A stretch of 64,000 nucleotides of DNA from Candidatus Latescibacterota bacterium (GCA_965204375.1 OZ241986.1:5888001-5952000); one strand, 5' to 3'. Positions 27,955 to 36,254 are shown, counted from the stretch's first letter. The notes: generated by a model not told the origin, from the letters alone. Program-made: numbers and translations.

Positions 27955-29364
27955 TCAGGGTTTTTCTTTGTTGAGTTTGTATTTGCGGTACAGGTGGCGA
28001 AATTGGTCGTAGCTGAGTTTGAGTTGTTTGGCGGCTTCGCGCTGGTTCCAGGAGACTTTATTGAGAATGCGCCGCAATAGACTCAGTTCAAAGGATTGCA
28101 CTTGTGATTCAAAGCCGTCGCTCAATTCGGGTGATTGGGATGCTTGTTGAGTAACTTCGGGGGGCAGATCGTCGGGTTCAATCTCTGTTCCATGGGCGAC
28201 ACAGGCCGCGCGTTCGGCCGCAAATTTGAGTTCGCGCACATTGCCAGGCCAGCGATATGTCATCAGGCGTTCTGTTGCCGCGTCGGAAAAATCGCGTTTT
28301 TGCAGGCCTGGTACTTCTTCGACGATTTGTGCGACAAAATAATTGGCTAATGCGGGAATGTCTTCTCGACGTTCGCGCAACGGGGGCATGTGCAAGACTT
28401 CAAAGCGCAATCTGTCGTAGAGGTCCTGGCGGAATCGGCCTTCGGCAATTTCCGTTTCGAGGTCGGTATTCGTGGCGGCAATAACGCGCACGTCGATAAA
28501 GATGGGGGTCGCGCTGCCCACGCGCTGGATTTCGCTGTATTCTATGGCGCGCAATACGTTTTGCTGAAATTCGGGGGTGGTATTGCCAATTTCATCGAGA
28601 AATAGGGTGCCGCCACTCGCGGCTTCAAATTTGCCCGTGCGGGCTTCTGTTGCGCCCGTATAAGCCCCTTTTTCGTGTCCAAAGAGTTCGCTTTCGAGCA
28701 ATTGGTCGGCAATGGCGGCGCAGTTGACTTTGACAAAGGGGCGGTCTTTGCGGTCACTGCCATAGTGGATGGCAGCGGCGACGAGTTCTTTGCCCGTTCC
28801 GGGTTCGCCTGTGATGAGCGCGGGCCGGGGGATGGGGGCTACGGTCTGCGCTCGCTGGAGGATTTGCTGGAGTTTGGGACTGGAGCCGATGATTTGATAA
28901 CGCTTGCCAAATTCGTCTCGGTAGAATTGGTTTTCGCGCCCCAGGTCCTGAACTTCGGCCCGCAGTTGGGCGTTTTCCCTGAGTGCTTGATACACGCGGT
29001 CGAGTTTTTCAAGGCTGAGTTCGATTTTGTCTTCGATATAAAAGTCTTTTTCAATAAAGTCTGTCGCGCCCAATCGCAATGCGGCTACGGCAGTATCTAT
29101 TGTGCCCTGTCCGGTGAGCATGATGACGGGCAGATCGGGAACCGATTCGAGCATTTGTGGTAAAATTTCGAGGCCATCGGGTTCATCGGGTCCGTAATCG
29201 AGGTCGAGAATGGCCAGTCCAATCTGATTGGGATGCTGTTGCAGATATGATAGTGCTTCGCGTCCGGTAGAGAAGGCATGGATTTTGCGCGTGTCGTCTC
29301 GCAGGCTTTGAATCAGCATGTCGAGGACTTCTATCTGGTCGTCAGCAACGATAATTTCAGTCAT
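27955..29364 (-). CDS. sigma54-dependent response regulator: REC + PspF-like AAA+ + HTH
   Basis: REC (VADD, ILD, MLTG, FIEK); GEPGTGKE, ESELFGHEKGAYTGA; PspF-like IEY, DRLRFEV and WNQREAAKQLKLSYDQFR. Confidence 0.92.
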   Translation of the reverse strand: MTEIIVADDQIEVLDMLIQSLRDDTRKIHAFSTGREALSYLQQHPNQIGLAILDLDYGPDEPDGLEILPQMLESVPDLPVIMLTGQGTIDTAVAALRLGATDFIEKDFYIEDKIELSLEKLDRVYQALRENAQLRAEVQDLGRENQFYRDEFGKRYQIIGSSPKLQQILQRAQTVAPIPRPALITGEPGTGKELVAAAIHYGSDRKDRPFVKVNCAAIADQLLESELFGHEKGAYTGATEARTGKFEAASGGTLFLDEIGNTTPEFQQNVLRAIEYSEIQRVGSATPIFIDVRVIAATNTDLETEIAEGRFRQDLYDRLRFEVLHMPPLRERREDIPALANYFVAQIVEEVPGLQKRDFSDAATERLMTYRWPGNVRELKFAAERAACVAHGTEIEPDDLPPEVTQQASQSPELSDGFESQVQSFELSLLRRILNKVSWNQREAAKQLKLSYDQFRHLYRKYKLNKEKP

Positions 29365-29376
29365 GGGACGAGGGGC

Positions 29377-30630
29377 TTATTGAATAAATTCTTCAGCTAT
29401 TGGATCGCGCGAGGTGTCGGGTACGCTGTGTTGCAGGCCAATGCTGTCGTGTTGTGTTGAGACTTCAAAATCGACGGGCAGGTCAATGCGAAAAACCGCG
29501 CCTGCGCCCGGGCGGCTGATTACGCGCAACGTGCCGCGGTGTGCTGCTGCAATGCGAGAGCATATACTCAGCCCATAGCCATTGCCCCGTTCCCGCGTTG
29601 AAAATCCGGGGTCAAATATGCGGGTTTGCAAGTTTTCGGGAATGCCGGGACCATTGTCTTCCACTTCAATATATACCGAACTGCGCTCTGTATCGGCGCC
29701 GACCTGTACTCTCACCACGCCATTATTTTCAACGGCTTCGATGGCGTTGAGGGTCAGGTTTGTGACGGCTTCAGATAACATGCCAGCATCTGCTTTTACC
29801 TGAGGTACACGAGGTTCGGCGGCAAAGATGAGTTCTTTGTCCCCTGCTCGTGCAGAGAGTTTGTGGGTCATTTTTTCAATGAGTTGGGGCACATCGACCA
29901 GCGCGGGGTTCAGGGTGTCTTGTTTCATAGATCGCAAGTAGGCAACCCATTGGCTGTAGATGTGTTCTTGTTCGTGTGCGATGTCTTTCAGATCATCCAG
30001 GCAGTCGGTATTTGGCGGTAAATTGCGTATGGCGCGACGCATTCGGCTGCCGGAGAGCCCCATCAGGTTTTTGATGCGATGGCCGTGCGTGTAGAGGCTT
30101 TCATAGACCTGTGCGCGCCCAAGGTCTATGAGTTCGAGAGATAGGCGGGCGAGAATGCTCGATGCTCTGACGCCAAATTCTTCGGTGATGCTTGCGTATT
30201 CGCGTTCCATTTGTGCCGGGCTCATGTGCTGAAAGAGCAATCGGGCGAGGTTGCGATAAGGTAGCATGTAATCGGGTTCGAGGTGTATGGCGATTTTAAA
30301 CTCGCCAAGAGCCGATAGGATTTGCCCATTTTGCATGAGCAAAACGCCCAGGTTGTTATGCCCGGGCGCAAAGAGGGGATCGGCTTCTAAACCCCGGCGG
30401 TAAACGGCTATGGCTCGAGATGCGTTTTCCGGGAAGTCATCGAGCAAGCTGCCCAACAAAAAACAGACACGGTCCATTTCTTCGCCCTGGTCATCGACAG
30501 ACAAAATGTATTCGAGGTGTTCAACCGCTTTTTTGTAGTCGCCCGAGCCTGGTGCTGCCCCGCGTGCGTGTTGCAGCGCCATTTGGAAACGGGATTCTAT
30601 GTCTGTGGCTATGTTCAGGGTGTTGGTCAT
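29377..30630 (-). CDS. soluble TPR-repeat sensor histidine kinase
   Basis: TPRs (GHNNLGVLL, YRNLA); H-box HRIKNL; N-box NLTLNA; DNGPG, FDPGFST, GYGL; no TM. Confidence 0.9.
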   Translation of the reverse strand: MTNTLNIATDIESRFQMALQHARGAAPGSGDYKKAVEHLEYILSVDDQGEEMDRVCFLLGSLLDDFPENASRAIAVYRRGLEADPLFAPGHNNLGVLLMQNGQILSALGEFKIAIHLEPDYMLPYRNLARLLFQHMSPAQMEREYASITEEFGVRASSILARLSLELIDLGRAQVYESLYTHGHRIKNLMGLSGSRMRRAIRNLPPNTDCLDDLKDIAHEQEHIYSQWVAYLRSMKQDTLNPALVDVPQLIEKMTHKLSARAGDKELIFAAEPRVPQVKADAGMLSEAVTNLTLNAIEAVENNGVVRVQVGADTERSSVYIEVEDNGPGIPENLQTRIFDPGFSTRERGNGYGLSICSRIAAAHRGTLRVISRPGAGAVFRIDLPVDFEVSTQHDSIGLQHSVPDTSRDPIAEEFIQ

Positions 30631-30649
30631 GGTTGTATGAATCTGCGGA

Positions 30650-30720
30650 ACGGGGTTCGTCTATGAACGGGGCTGGGAAACGCCCCGTTGTACCCCGCTC
30701 CGTCTATTCGTCTATTCGTC
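30650..30720. repeat. REP-like nested hairpin with (GTCTATTC)n
   Basis: CGGGGTTCGTCTATGAACGGGGC-TGGGAAAC-GCCCCGTTGTACCCCGCTCCGTCTATTCG; homologue of 8881-8957. Confidence 0.8.
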
Positions 30721-32292
30721 TTCTGTGGTATCGGGTTTGCCGTTTTCTCCAGATGCTTGTTCGCCGTTCATTTTGCCCAGAAATTCGGGCAATTCAAGCC
30801 CGGCGAGACGCGCCAGATCGTGCATGGGCGGTATGGCACCCATGAGGCGTTGTCCCAGGTTGGACATGCCACTCTCGCCATTGCCGCTGTCCCAGACCAT
30901 CACTTTGTCGATGGGCAAGTTGCTAATGGCTTCGGCCTGGATGTTGGCGACTTCGGTGAGACGTTCGATGATTAGAAAGGCCGCTGCTGCCTGGTCGTTG
31001 CTGCCACAGGCTTCAACGAGTTGTCTGTATCCTTCGGCTTTGGCATTGAGAATGGCCTGAGTCCCTTCGGCTTCGGCCTGTTTTTCTGCGAGAATGGCAG
31101 CGGCTTCACCTTCGGCAATAAGTCGTCGCTGTTCTTTTTCGGCTTCTGCTTGAACGACCTGGCGTTCTTTTTCGGCTTCTGCCTGAACGACGATTTCTGC
31201 GCGTAAACGCGCTTCTTCGCGCAGTGCTCGGGCTTCTTCGGCTGCTTTTTCCGCGGTTTCCTGGGCGACGCGAATAGCGCCGTCAGTGGCTTTGGTCGCT
31301 TCTTCTGCTTGCCGGCGCGCTTCTTCTTCTGCCACGCGTTGTCCCGCGCGATAGCCGGCTGTTTTTGCTTCTGCTTCTGTTTCTGCCTGTACGGCTTCTG
31401 CTTCGAGAGCTGCGACATTTTGGCGTTTGTCTCGCCCGGCTTCTGCTTCGCCGATTTCTGCTTCTGATTCGAGTGCTGCGACCTGTCGTCGCCTGTCTCT
31501 CGCAGCTTCAGATTCACCAATTTCTGCTTCTGATTCGAGTGCTGCGACCTGTCGGCGTCTGTTTCGCGCTGCTTCTGCTTCGCCAACTTCAGCTTCTGAT
31601 TCGGCAGCGGCGACGTCCCGACGCCGATCGCGTGCGCGTTCGGCCACACCAACCTGCCCGTGTCGTTCTTGTTCGGCTACGTCGATAGATGCTTGATTCA
31701 CGGCTTCAGCCGCTGCTTTTTGGCCGATGGCTTTGATGTAGCCGCTTTCGTCATCGAGGTCTTTGATGTTGACGTTGATGACGGAGAGACCAATTTTTTC
31801 CATTTCAGTGGAGACGGCGTCATTTACTTTGGTCATGAATGCCTGTCGGTCCTGGTTGATTTCTTCAATTTGCATGGTTGCAATGACTGCGCGCATCTGA
31901 CCGAGGATGATGTCTTGTGCCTGGCTTTGAACTTGTTCGCGGGAAAGGCCCAGGAGGCGGATGGCCGCGTTTTGCATGATGCCGGGTTGATTGGAGACGG
32001 CTGCTGTGACTGTGGTGGGCACGGATACGCGGATGTTTTCCTGTGATAGCGCGTTGTCCAGGTCAATGGGTACGACAAAGGGTTCGAGGTCGAGGTAGTC
32101 GTAGTCCTGCAATAGGGGCAGGATAAAAGCTGCGCCGCCGTGTACACATTTTGCGGCTGTGCCACCCCCTGTTTTGCCGTAGATGACGAGTATTTTGTTG
32201 GATGGACAGCGTTTGTAACGCGAGATAAATGTGAGGAACAGCAATAATACAACGGCTGATAGGATGACGGTGAGGATGAATTCAGTGGGCAT
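30712..32292 (-). CDS. flotillin (SPFH/Band 7) family protein
   Basis: N-terminal TM, SRYKRCPS, GG.AF..P, GQMRAVIA, EA-rich coiled coil with 22-aa repeats. Confidence 0.93.
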   Translation of the reverse strand: MPTEFILTVILSAVVLLLFLTFISRYKRCPSNKILVIYGKTGGGTAAKCVHGGAAFILPLLQDYDYLDLEPFVVPIDLDNALSQENIRVSVPTTVTAAVSNQPGIMQNAAIRLLGLSREQVQSQAQDIILGQMRAVIATMQIEEINQDRQAFMTKVNDAVSTEMEKIGLSVINVNIKDLDDESGYIKAIGQKAAAEAVNQASIDVAEQERHGQVGVAERARDRRRDVAAAESEAEVGEAEAARNRRRQVAALESEAEIGESEAARDRRRQVAALESEAEIGEAEAGRDKRQNVAALEAEAVQAETEAEAKTAGYRAGQRVAEEEARRQAEEATKATDGAIRVAQETAEKAAEEARALREEARLRAEIVVQAEAEKERQVVQAEAEKEQRRLIAEGEAAAILAEKQAEAEGTQAILNAKAEGYRQLVEACGSNDQAAAAFLIIERLTEVANIQAEAISNLPIDKVMVWDSGNGESGMSNLGQRLMGAIPPMHDLARLAGLELPEFLGKMNGEQASGENGKPDTTEDE

Positions 32293-32306
32293 AGGGTCCC
32301 CTTTGT

Positions 32307-32915
32307 TTAGGATTGAATGGGTTCTACTTCGACTGTGGTTATGTCGAGTGTTCGCAATACGCGAACCGGCGTTTTATTCTGGATGGACTGCCCGTCTTTG
32401 CTGCGTGCAGAGACGTAGTTGACAGCCCCGCTTTCCATTACGCGAATTTGACCGGCGCCATTTTCGGGGATGTCGATATAGACTTCGCCTTCATTGCCGA
32501 TACAGGACGATAGGTTTCGGTTATGCGATTCGGAGAGTTGTTGCACTTTGTAGAAGAAATATGCAACCAGGACCATCCCTGCGCCGCCCCATACGAGGCC
32601 GCGAAGAACCGATTCTTCGATTGAGAGGCCCAGGTCGAGGTAGAGTGCGCCCGCCCAGCCAAAGAGCATGCCAAAGGCTATTACAGAACGCAGCGAGAGC
32701 AGTTGAAAGGTGGCGACACCGTGATCATAAGGACTATTATCGACATCTGGCCCCGCATCGTTGGCATTGAAGCTGTCATGGTCCATGACGTCTGCGGAAT
32801 CGCCCAGGCCGATGAGTGTTGTGATAAATTGCCAGAGAAACAAAAGGGTGAAGAAGACAGCACAGCCATAGAATGCCTGATTGAGAGGCGCGAGTTCTGA
32901 CCACCATGCCTGCAT
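32307..32915 (-). CDS. NfeD-like membrane protein (flotillin partner)
   Basis: 3 TM plus C-terminal OB-fold IGNEGEVYIDIP..G.GQI; directly upstream of flotillin. Confidence 0.85.
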   Translation of the reverse strand: MQAWWSELAPLNQAFYGCAVFFTLLFLWQFITTLIGLGDSADVMDHDSFNANDAGPDVDNSPYDHGVATFQLLSLRSVIAFGMLFGWAGALYLDLGLSIEESVLRGLVWGGAGMVLVAYFFYKVQQLSESHNRNLSSCIGNEGEVYIDIPENGAGQIRVMESGAVNYVSARSKDGQSIQNKTPVRVLRTLDITTVEVEPIQS

Positions 32916-33020
32916 ATTAACCTCCAGAAATCGATTGCGCGTTCCATCAACTATTTTAGGTGTAGGAATCTGTTATTCTTAAATTTGTTCATGCAAGGGA
33001 CGAAAAGCAAGGGTTATTTC

Positions 33021-33611
33021 TTATCCGGGTTGTAAGCCGAGTTTGCGAAATTCGCTTTTGAGCTGGCGGCGGGCGCGGCACAGCCAGGTTTTTACGGTTC
33101 CAAGCGGAACGCGAAGTGCCTGTGTAATTTCTTCGTAGGACCAGTCCATGACGTAGCGCAGCCACATGGCTTTGCGATAGCGTTCGGGCAAGTTTTGTAT
33201 GCTTTTGTGGACCAATTGTATGCGTTCGCGTTTTTCTACGATCTGGTCTGGTAGCGCGCCGGGTATGAGGTCGCGGAGGACGTTGTGTACGACTTCGGGG
33301 TCTTCGGTTTGATAGACCCAGTTTTGCCGCACTTGCTGCGAGCGGAGGTGCGATCGATAGACGTTGAGGGCAATTTGCGTGAGCCAGGTCGAAAATGCTG
33401 CCTGGCCTTTGAATGTGTGGAGCGAGCGATAGGCGCGAAAAAATGTGTCTTGCATCAGGTCGTCAACGGTGTCGCGGTCTGAAAGGCGCTGTGCGAGGGT
33501 GCCGTAGATCTGACTTTGATATTTGTGGTAGAGCGTTTCAAATGCCCGGCGGTCGCCAGAGAGGGATGCGCGAATCAGGTTTTGATCCTGTGTTTTCACT
33601 TTTTTCTCCAT
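33021..33611 (-). CDS. ECF RNA polymerase sigma factor
   Basis: GDRRAFETLY, DLMQDTFFRAY, FSTWL..IA.N, LP..YR, SYEEI...L..PLGTVKT.L.RAR. Confidence 0.93.
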   Translation of the reverse strand: MEKKVKTQDQNLIRASLSGDRRAFETLYHKYQSQIYGTLAQRLSDRDTVDDLMQDTFFRAYRSLHTFKGQAAFSTWLTQIALNVYRSHLRSQQVRQNWVYQTEDPEVVHNVLRDLIPGALPDQIVEKRERIQLVHKSIQNLPERYRKAMWLRYVMDWSYEEITQALRVPLGTVKTWLCRARRQLKSEFRKLGLQPG

Positions 33612-33669
33612 TCGTTAAGGTAATTCGTTAATTACTACTCTTTTGATTGTGATAAGACGGATTTTTCCG

Positions 33670-33840
33670 TCAGTCTCTTCTGAGCAAGCGATAACCGATC
33701 GCAATACATATAGCGGCGATGAGAAGTCCGATCAGGTGCAAGATTGATTCCAGTAGAGAGCCGATGAGTGGGAAGAGAACTGTAAAGGCAATATAGCCGC
33801 CGATGACGATGAATAAGATGCCGATGAGTTTTGCCAACAT
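33670..33840 (-). CDS. small 2-TM membrane protein (56 aa, absent from ORF track)
   Basis: AAAGGA RBS; MLAKLIGILFIVIGGYIAFTVLFPLIGSLLESILHLIGLLIAAICIAIGYRLLRRD*. Confidence 0.8.
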   Translation of the reverse strand: MLAKLIGILFIVIGGYIAFTVLFPLIGSLLESILHLIGLLIAAICIAIGYRLLRRD

Positions 33841-33871
33841 GGGATGTCCTTTTTATTTTTGAGGTTGTCCG

Positions 33872-34231
33872 TCAATCCGAGATGGTCTGCGGAGGTGGAG
33901 ATGGTGTAGCGAGTGATTTGCTTTCGAGACGCTCGAGTTTGTCGTCGTTGGTGATGACGATGTCCTGCAGGTCAATGAGGCGTTTTTCGAGTTCTTTCAC
34001 GCGTTTTGTCAGTTTTTCAGACAGGTTGTTGTTTTTTATTGATCTATTTCTTCGTTCGTCTTCTGACGCAAATGTGAATGTGATAGTAAAAAAGGTGATG
34101 AAAGCCATAGCCCCCCAGGCTGCCGCCAGGCCGAGACCACCTCCCAATGTTGGGTTTTCGATATAGACAATTGTGCCGCTTGCAAGAATAATCAGGCTGA
34201 TACCAACCGTGATTGTAAGAAAGATACGCAT
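33872..34231 (-). CDS. PspB-like membrane protein (2 TM + coiled coil), paralogue 3
   Basis: RVKELEKRLIDLQDIVITNDDKL tail shared with neighbours. Confidence 0.75.
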   Translation of the reverse strand: MRIFLTITVGISLIILASGTIVYIENPTLGGGLGLAAAWGAMAFITFFTITFTFASEDERRNRSIKNNNLSEKLTKRVKELEKRLIDLQDIVITNDDKLERLESKSLATPSPPPQTISD

Positions 34232-34248
34232 GGTGCCCTCCCTGTAAA

Positions 34249-34482
34249 TTAGCGCGCAGTGGGTGATCGGTCGAATTTTTCGTCCATGGTGATGAGGATA
34301 TCCTGAATGTCTGTGAGCCTGCGGTCGAGTTCATCTATTCTCGCATTCAAGCGTTCTTCTGCATCGCTGGGAATGGACCCTTTGGTGCGGCGATCAATGT
34401 ATTTGTGTACTGCTGACGCAATGGCGCCTACAATGATGATCATCAATATGCCACCCATAGTGACACCAATAACATTAGTCAT
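34249..34482 (-). CDS. PspB-like membrane protein (1 TM + coiled coil), paralogue 2
   Basis: AGGAGG RBS; SIPSDAEERLNARIDELDRRLTDIQDILITMDEK. Confidence 0.8.
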   Translation of the reverse strand: MTNVIGVTMGGILMIIIVGAIASAVHKYIDRRTKGSIPSDAEERLNARIDELDRRLTDIQDILITMDEKFDRSPTAR

Positions 34483-34493
34483 TTTACCCCTCC

Positions 34494-34697
34494 TTATCTT
34501 CTGCTGAGTTTTTCATCAATGGTGATCATGACATCTTGAATGTCTGTGAGTCTGCGTTCGAGTTCGTCCATTCTCGCGTTTATGCGTTCTTCTGCATCGC
34601 TGGGGATGGACCTTCTGGTGCGGTGCTCGACGTATTTGTATGCCGCTGATGCGAGAATGATTATCGCTACCATCATTCCAATTTCAAACATTACCAT
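34494..34697 (-). CDS. PspB-like membrane protein (1 TM + coiled coil), paralogue 1
   Basis: GGAGG RBS; SIPSDAEERINARMDELERRLTDIQDVMITIDEK. Confidence 0.8.
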   Translation of the reverse strand: MVMFEIGMMVAIIILASAAYKYVEHRTRRSIPSDAEERINARMDELERRLTDIQDVMITIDEKLSRR

Positions 34698-34718
34698 TAT
34701 TTTGCCCTCCCACACACA

Positions 34719-35387
34719 TTAGAGTTCATCGATGGGTCTCGCGCGGTATTTTTCATCCCAGCGTTCGATTTCCGGAAAATGGTAAACGACCAGTCCCGAA
34801 TCTGAGATTCGCATTTCCGCATGACCACTTATGGTTAATTCTCGCAGGATTTCTTCGGTTTTTTCAACTGTTATTCTGGTGTCCATGGCAGCTTCTGTTA
34901 CGGTGAGGCTGCCCCCTTTTTCTCGGGCGAGACGGAGTATGCGATGCTGATTTTTGGCATGTGCTTTTTTGTCTCCCGATCTTTTGACCCGGCGACCTGC
35001 CCACCATATAAGTTGAGAGAAGACGATTATACAGAGGCCAACACTGAGTTCTTCGTGTCTGAATGGATTTGTGTCTGCCCAGGGGGGATGTTCTACCAGT
35101 GTAATGAGTACGAGCATGAGGCCGCAAAATCCCATAAGTGCGGCCATTCCTATTAAACCATAAGCGAAGAGATAACGCATGGCACAACTCCCATCGGTGG
35201 CGAGGTCAGAGAGGCGGTCGGGCACGCGCTTGAATGAATTGGTTGCGGTTTGGAAATCGCTGCTCGCGCTGTGAACGCGCGCCTCCCAATTTCCCTTCCA
35301 TTTCTTTTTTATTTTTCGCTCCGCATTGTTGACCGCGCGGTCAATTTTGCTGGCGATTTCATCGGCGAGTTTTTCCAGGTCACGCAT
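34719..35387 (-). CDS. membrane protein: N-terminal helical region, 2 TM, C-terminal winged-helix-like domain
   Basis: RILRLAREKGGSLTVTEAAM......E..L..L...G......SDSG.VVYHF; overlaps pspA stop. Confidence 0.75.
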   Translation of the reverse strand: MRDLEKLADEIASKIDRAVNNAERKIKKKWKGNWEARVHSASSDFQTATNSFKRVPDRLSDLATDGSCAMRYLFAYGLIGMAALMGFCGLMLVLITLVEHPPWADTNPFRHEELSVGLCIIVFSQLIWWAGRRVKRSGDKKAHAKNQHRILRLAREKGGSLTVTEAAMDTRITVEKTEEILRELTISGHAEMRISDSGLVVYHFPEIERWDEKYRARPIDEL

Positions 35388-36057
35388 CTTTTTGTCCCAT
35401 TTTCTTTTTTAGTGCATTGAGTTCGTCTTCTACTGTGCTTTTGCGCTCGAGTTTGGAAAATTCTTCTTCCAGAGAGGGGTCAGCACTCGCCATTTCTTGA
35501 TGGGCTTCGGCTTCGGCTTCTTCGGTTTCGATGCGCTGGCGGAACCGTTCAAAGCTCGAAAATGCGTCTTCACCTACTCCCGAGAGGCCCCTGGCGATTT
35601 GCTTGCGGGCTTCGGCTGCACGACGTCGGGCAATTAGAGTGCCCTGGCGGGTGCGGGCTTCGTCGAGTTTGGCTTTGAGTTGGGTGAGTTGTTGTTTGAG
35701 TTGGGACGAGGTTTTACGGCTTTCTTCGAGGGCGACTTCAAGGTCGTGTGTGGCTTCCTGATTTGCAGCTTTGCGCTCGAGGGCGCGGCGGGCAAGGTCG
35801 TCTTCGCCGGCTTCAACGGCTAATTCGGCTTTTTTTTGCCAGGCTTCGATTTGATCCTGTTTTTCGAGATATTGTCTTTCCAGGCGTTTTTCATTCGCTA
35901 CAGCCGTGCCGACTGAGGCAGTGGCTTTGTTGACGGCTTCTTCCATTTCCAGAATCATCTGGCGGATCATTTTTTCCGGGTCTTCGGCGCGGGTAATCAG
36001 GTCGTTGACGTTGGCTTTGACGATGTCGGCCATTCTGTAAAAAATTCCGCGTGCCAT
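35380..36057 (-). CDS. pspA: phage shock protein A (PspA/IM30)
   Basis: GIFYRMADIVKANVNDLITRAEDPEKMIRQMILEME; AELAVEAGEDDLARRAL; VEDELNALKKKM. Confidence 0.95.
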   Translation of the reverse strand: MARGIFYRMADIVKANVNDLITRAEDPEKMIRQMILEMEEAVNKATASVGTAVANEKRLERQYLEKQDQIEAWQKKAELAVEAGEDDLARRALERKAANQEATHDLEVALEESRKTSSQLKQQLTQLKAKLDEARTRQGTLIARRRAAEARKQIARGLSGVGEDAFSSFERFRQRIETEEAEAEAHQEMASADPSLEEEFSKLERKSTVEDELNALKKKMGQKDA

Positions 36058-36125
36058 GATTTACTCCTTTCACAAGGTGCTACATTTATGGGATTCTGAT
36101 GTTTTTTGTTGTCGCATTCTTTTTA

Positions 36126-36141
36126 TGCAAAGTCTATGCCA
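36126..36141 (-). promoter_or_regulatory. sigma54 (-24/-12) promoter of the pspA operon
   Basis: Minus strand TGGCATAGACTTTGCA vs consensus TGGCAC-N5-TTGCA, ~70 bp upstream of pspA ATG. Confidence 0.88.
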
Positions 36142-36215
36142 GGAGTGTGATGTGATATTAAATGTTGTTTTTTATATACATAGATGTTTTAGAGAAATGG
36201 GACAGGTCGATAGAG

Positions 36216-36254
36216 TTGGTAAAAATTGCCATGTGTGCTGGCGAAAGAGACCAA
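36216..36254. promoter_or_regulatory. two putative bEBP enhancer (UAS) sites
   Basis: TGG-N9-CCA at 36217-36231 and 36239-36253, 22 bp apart, ~100-140 bp upstream of the sigma54 start. Confidence 0.65.

Noticed and set aside
28640-28680. GAYTGA instead of GAFTGA as a sign of a sigma54-inactive activator
   Set aside because: GAYTGA is a common natural variant, and a strong sigma54 promoter is present upstream of the operon.
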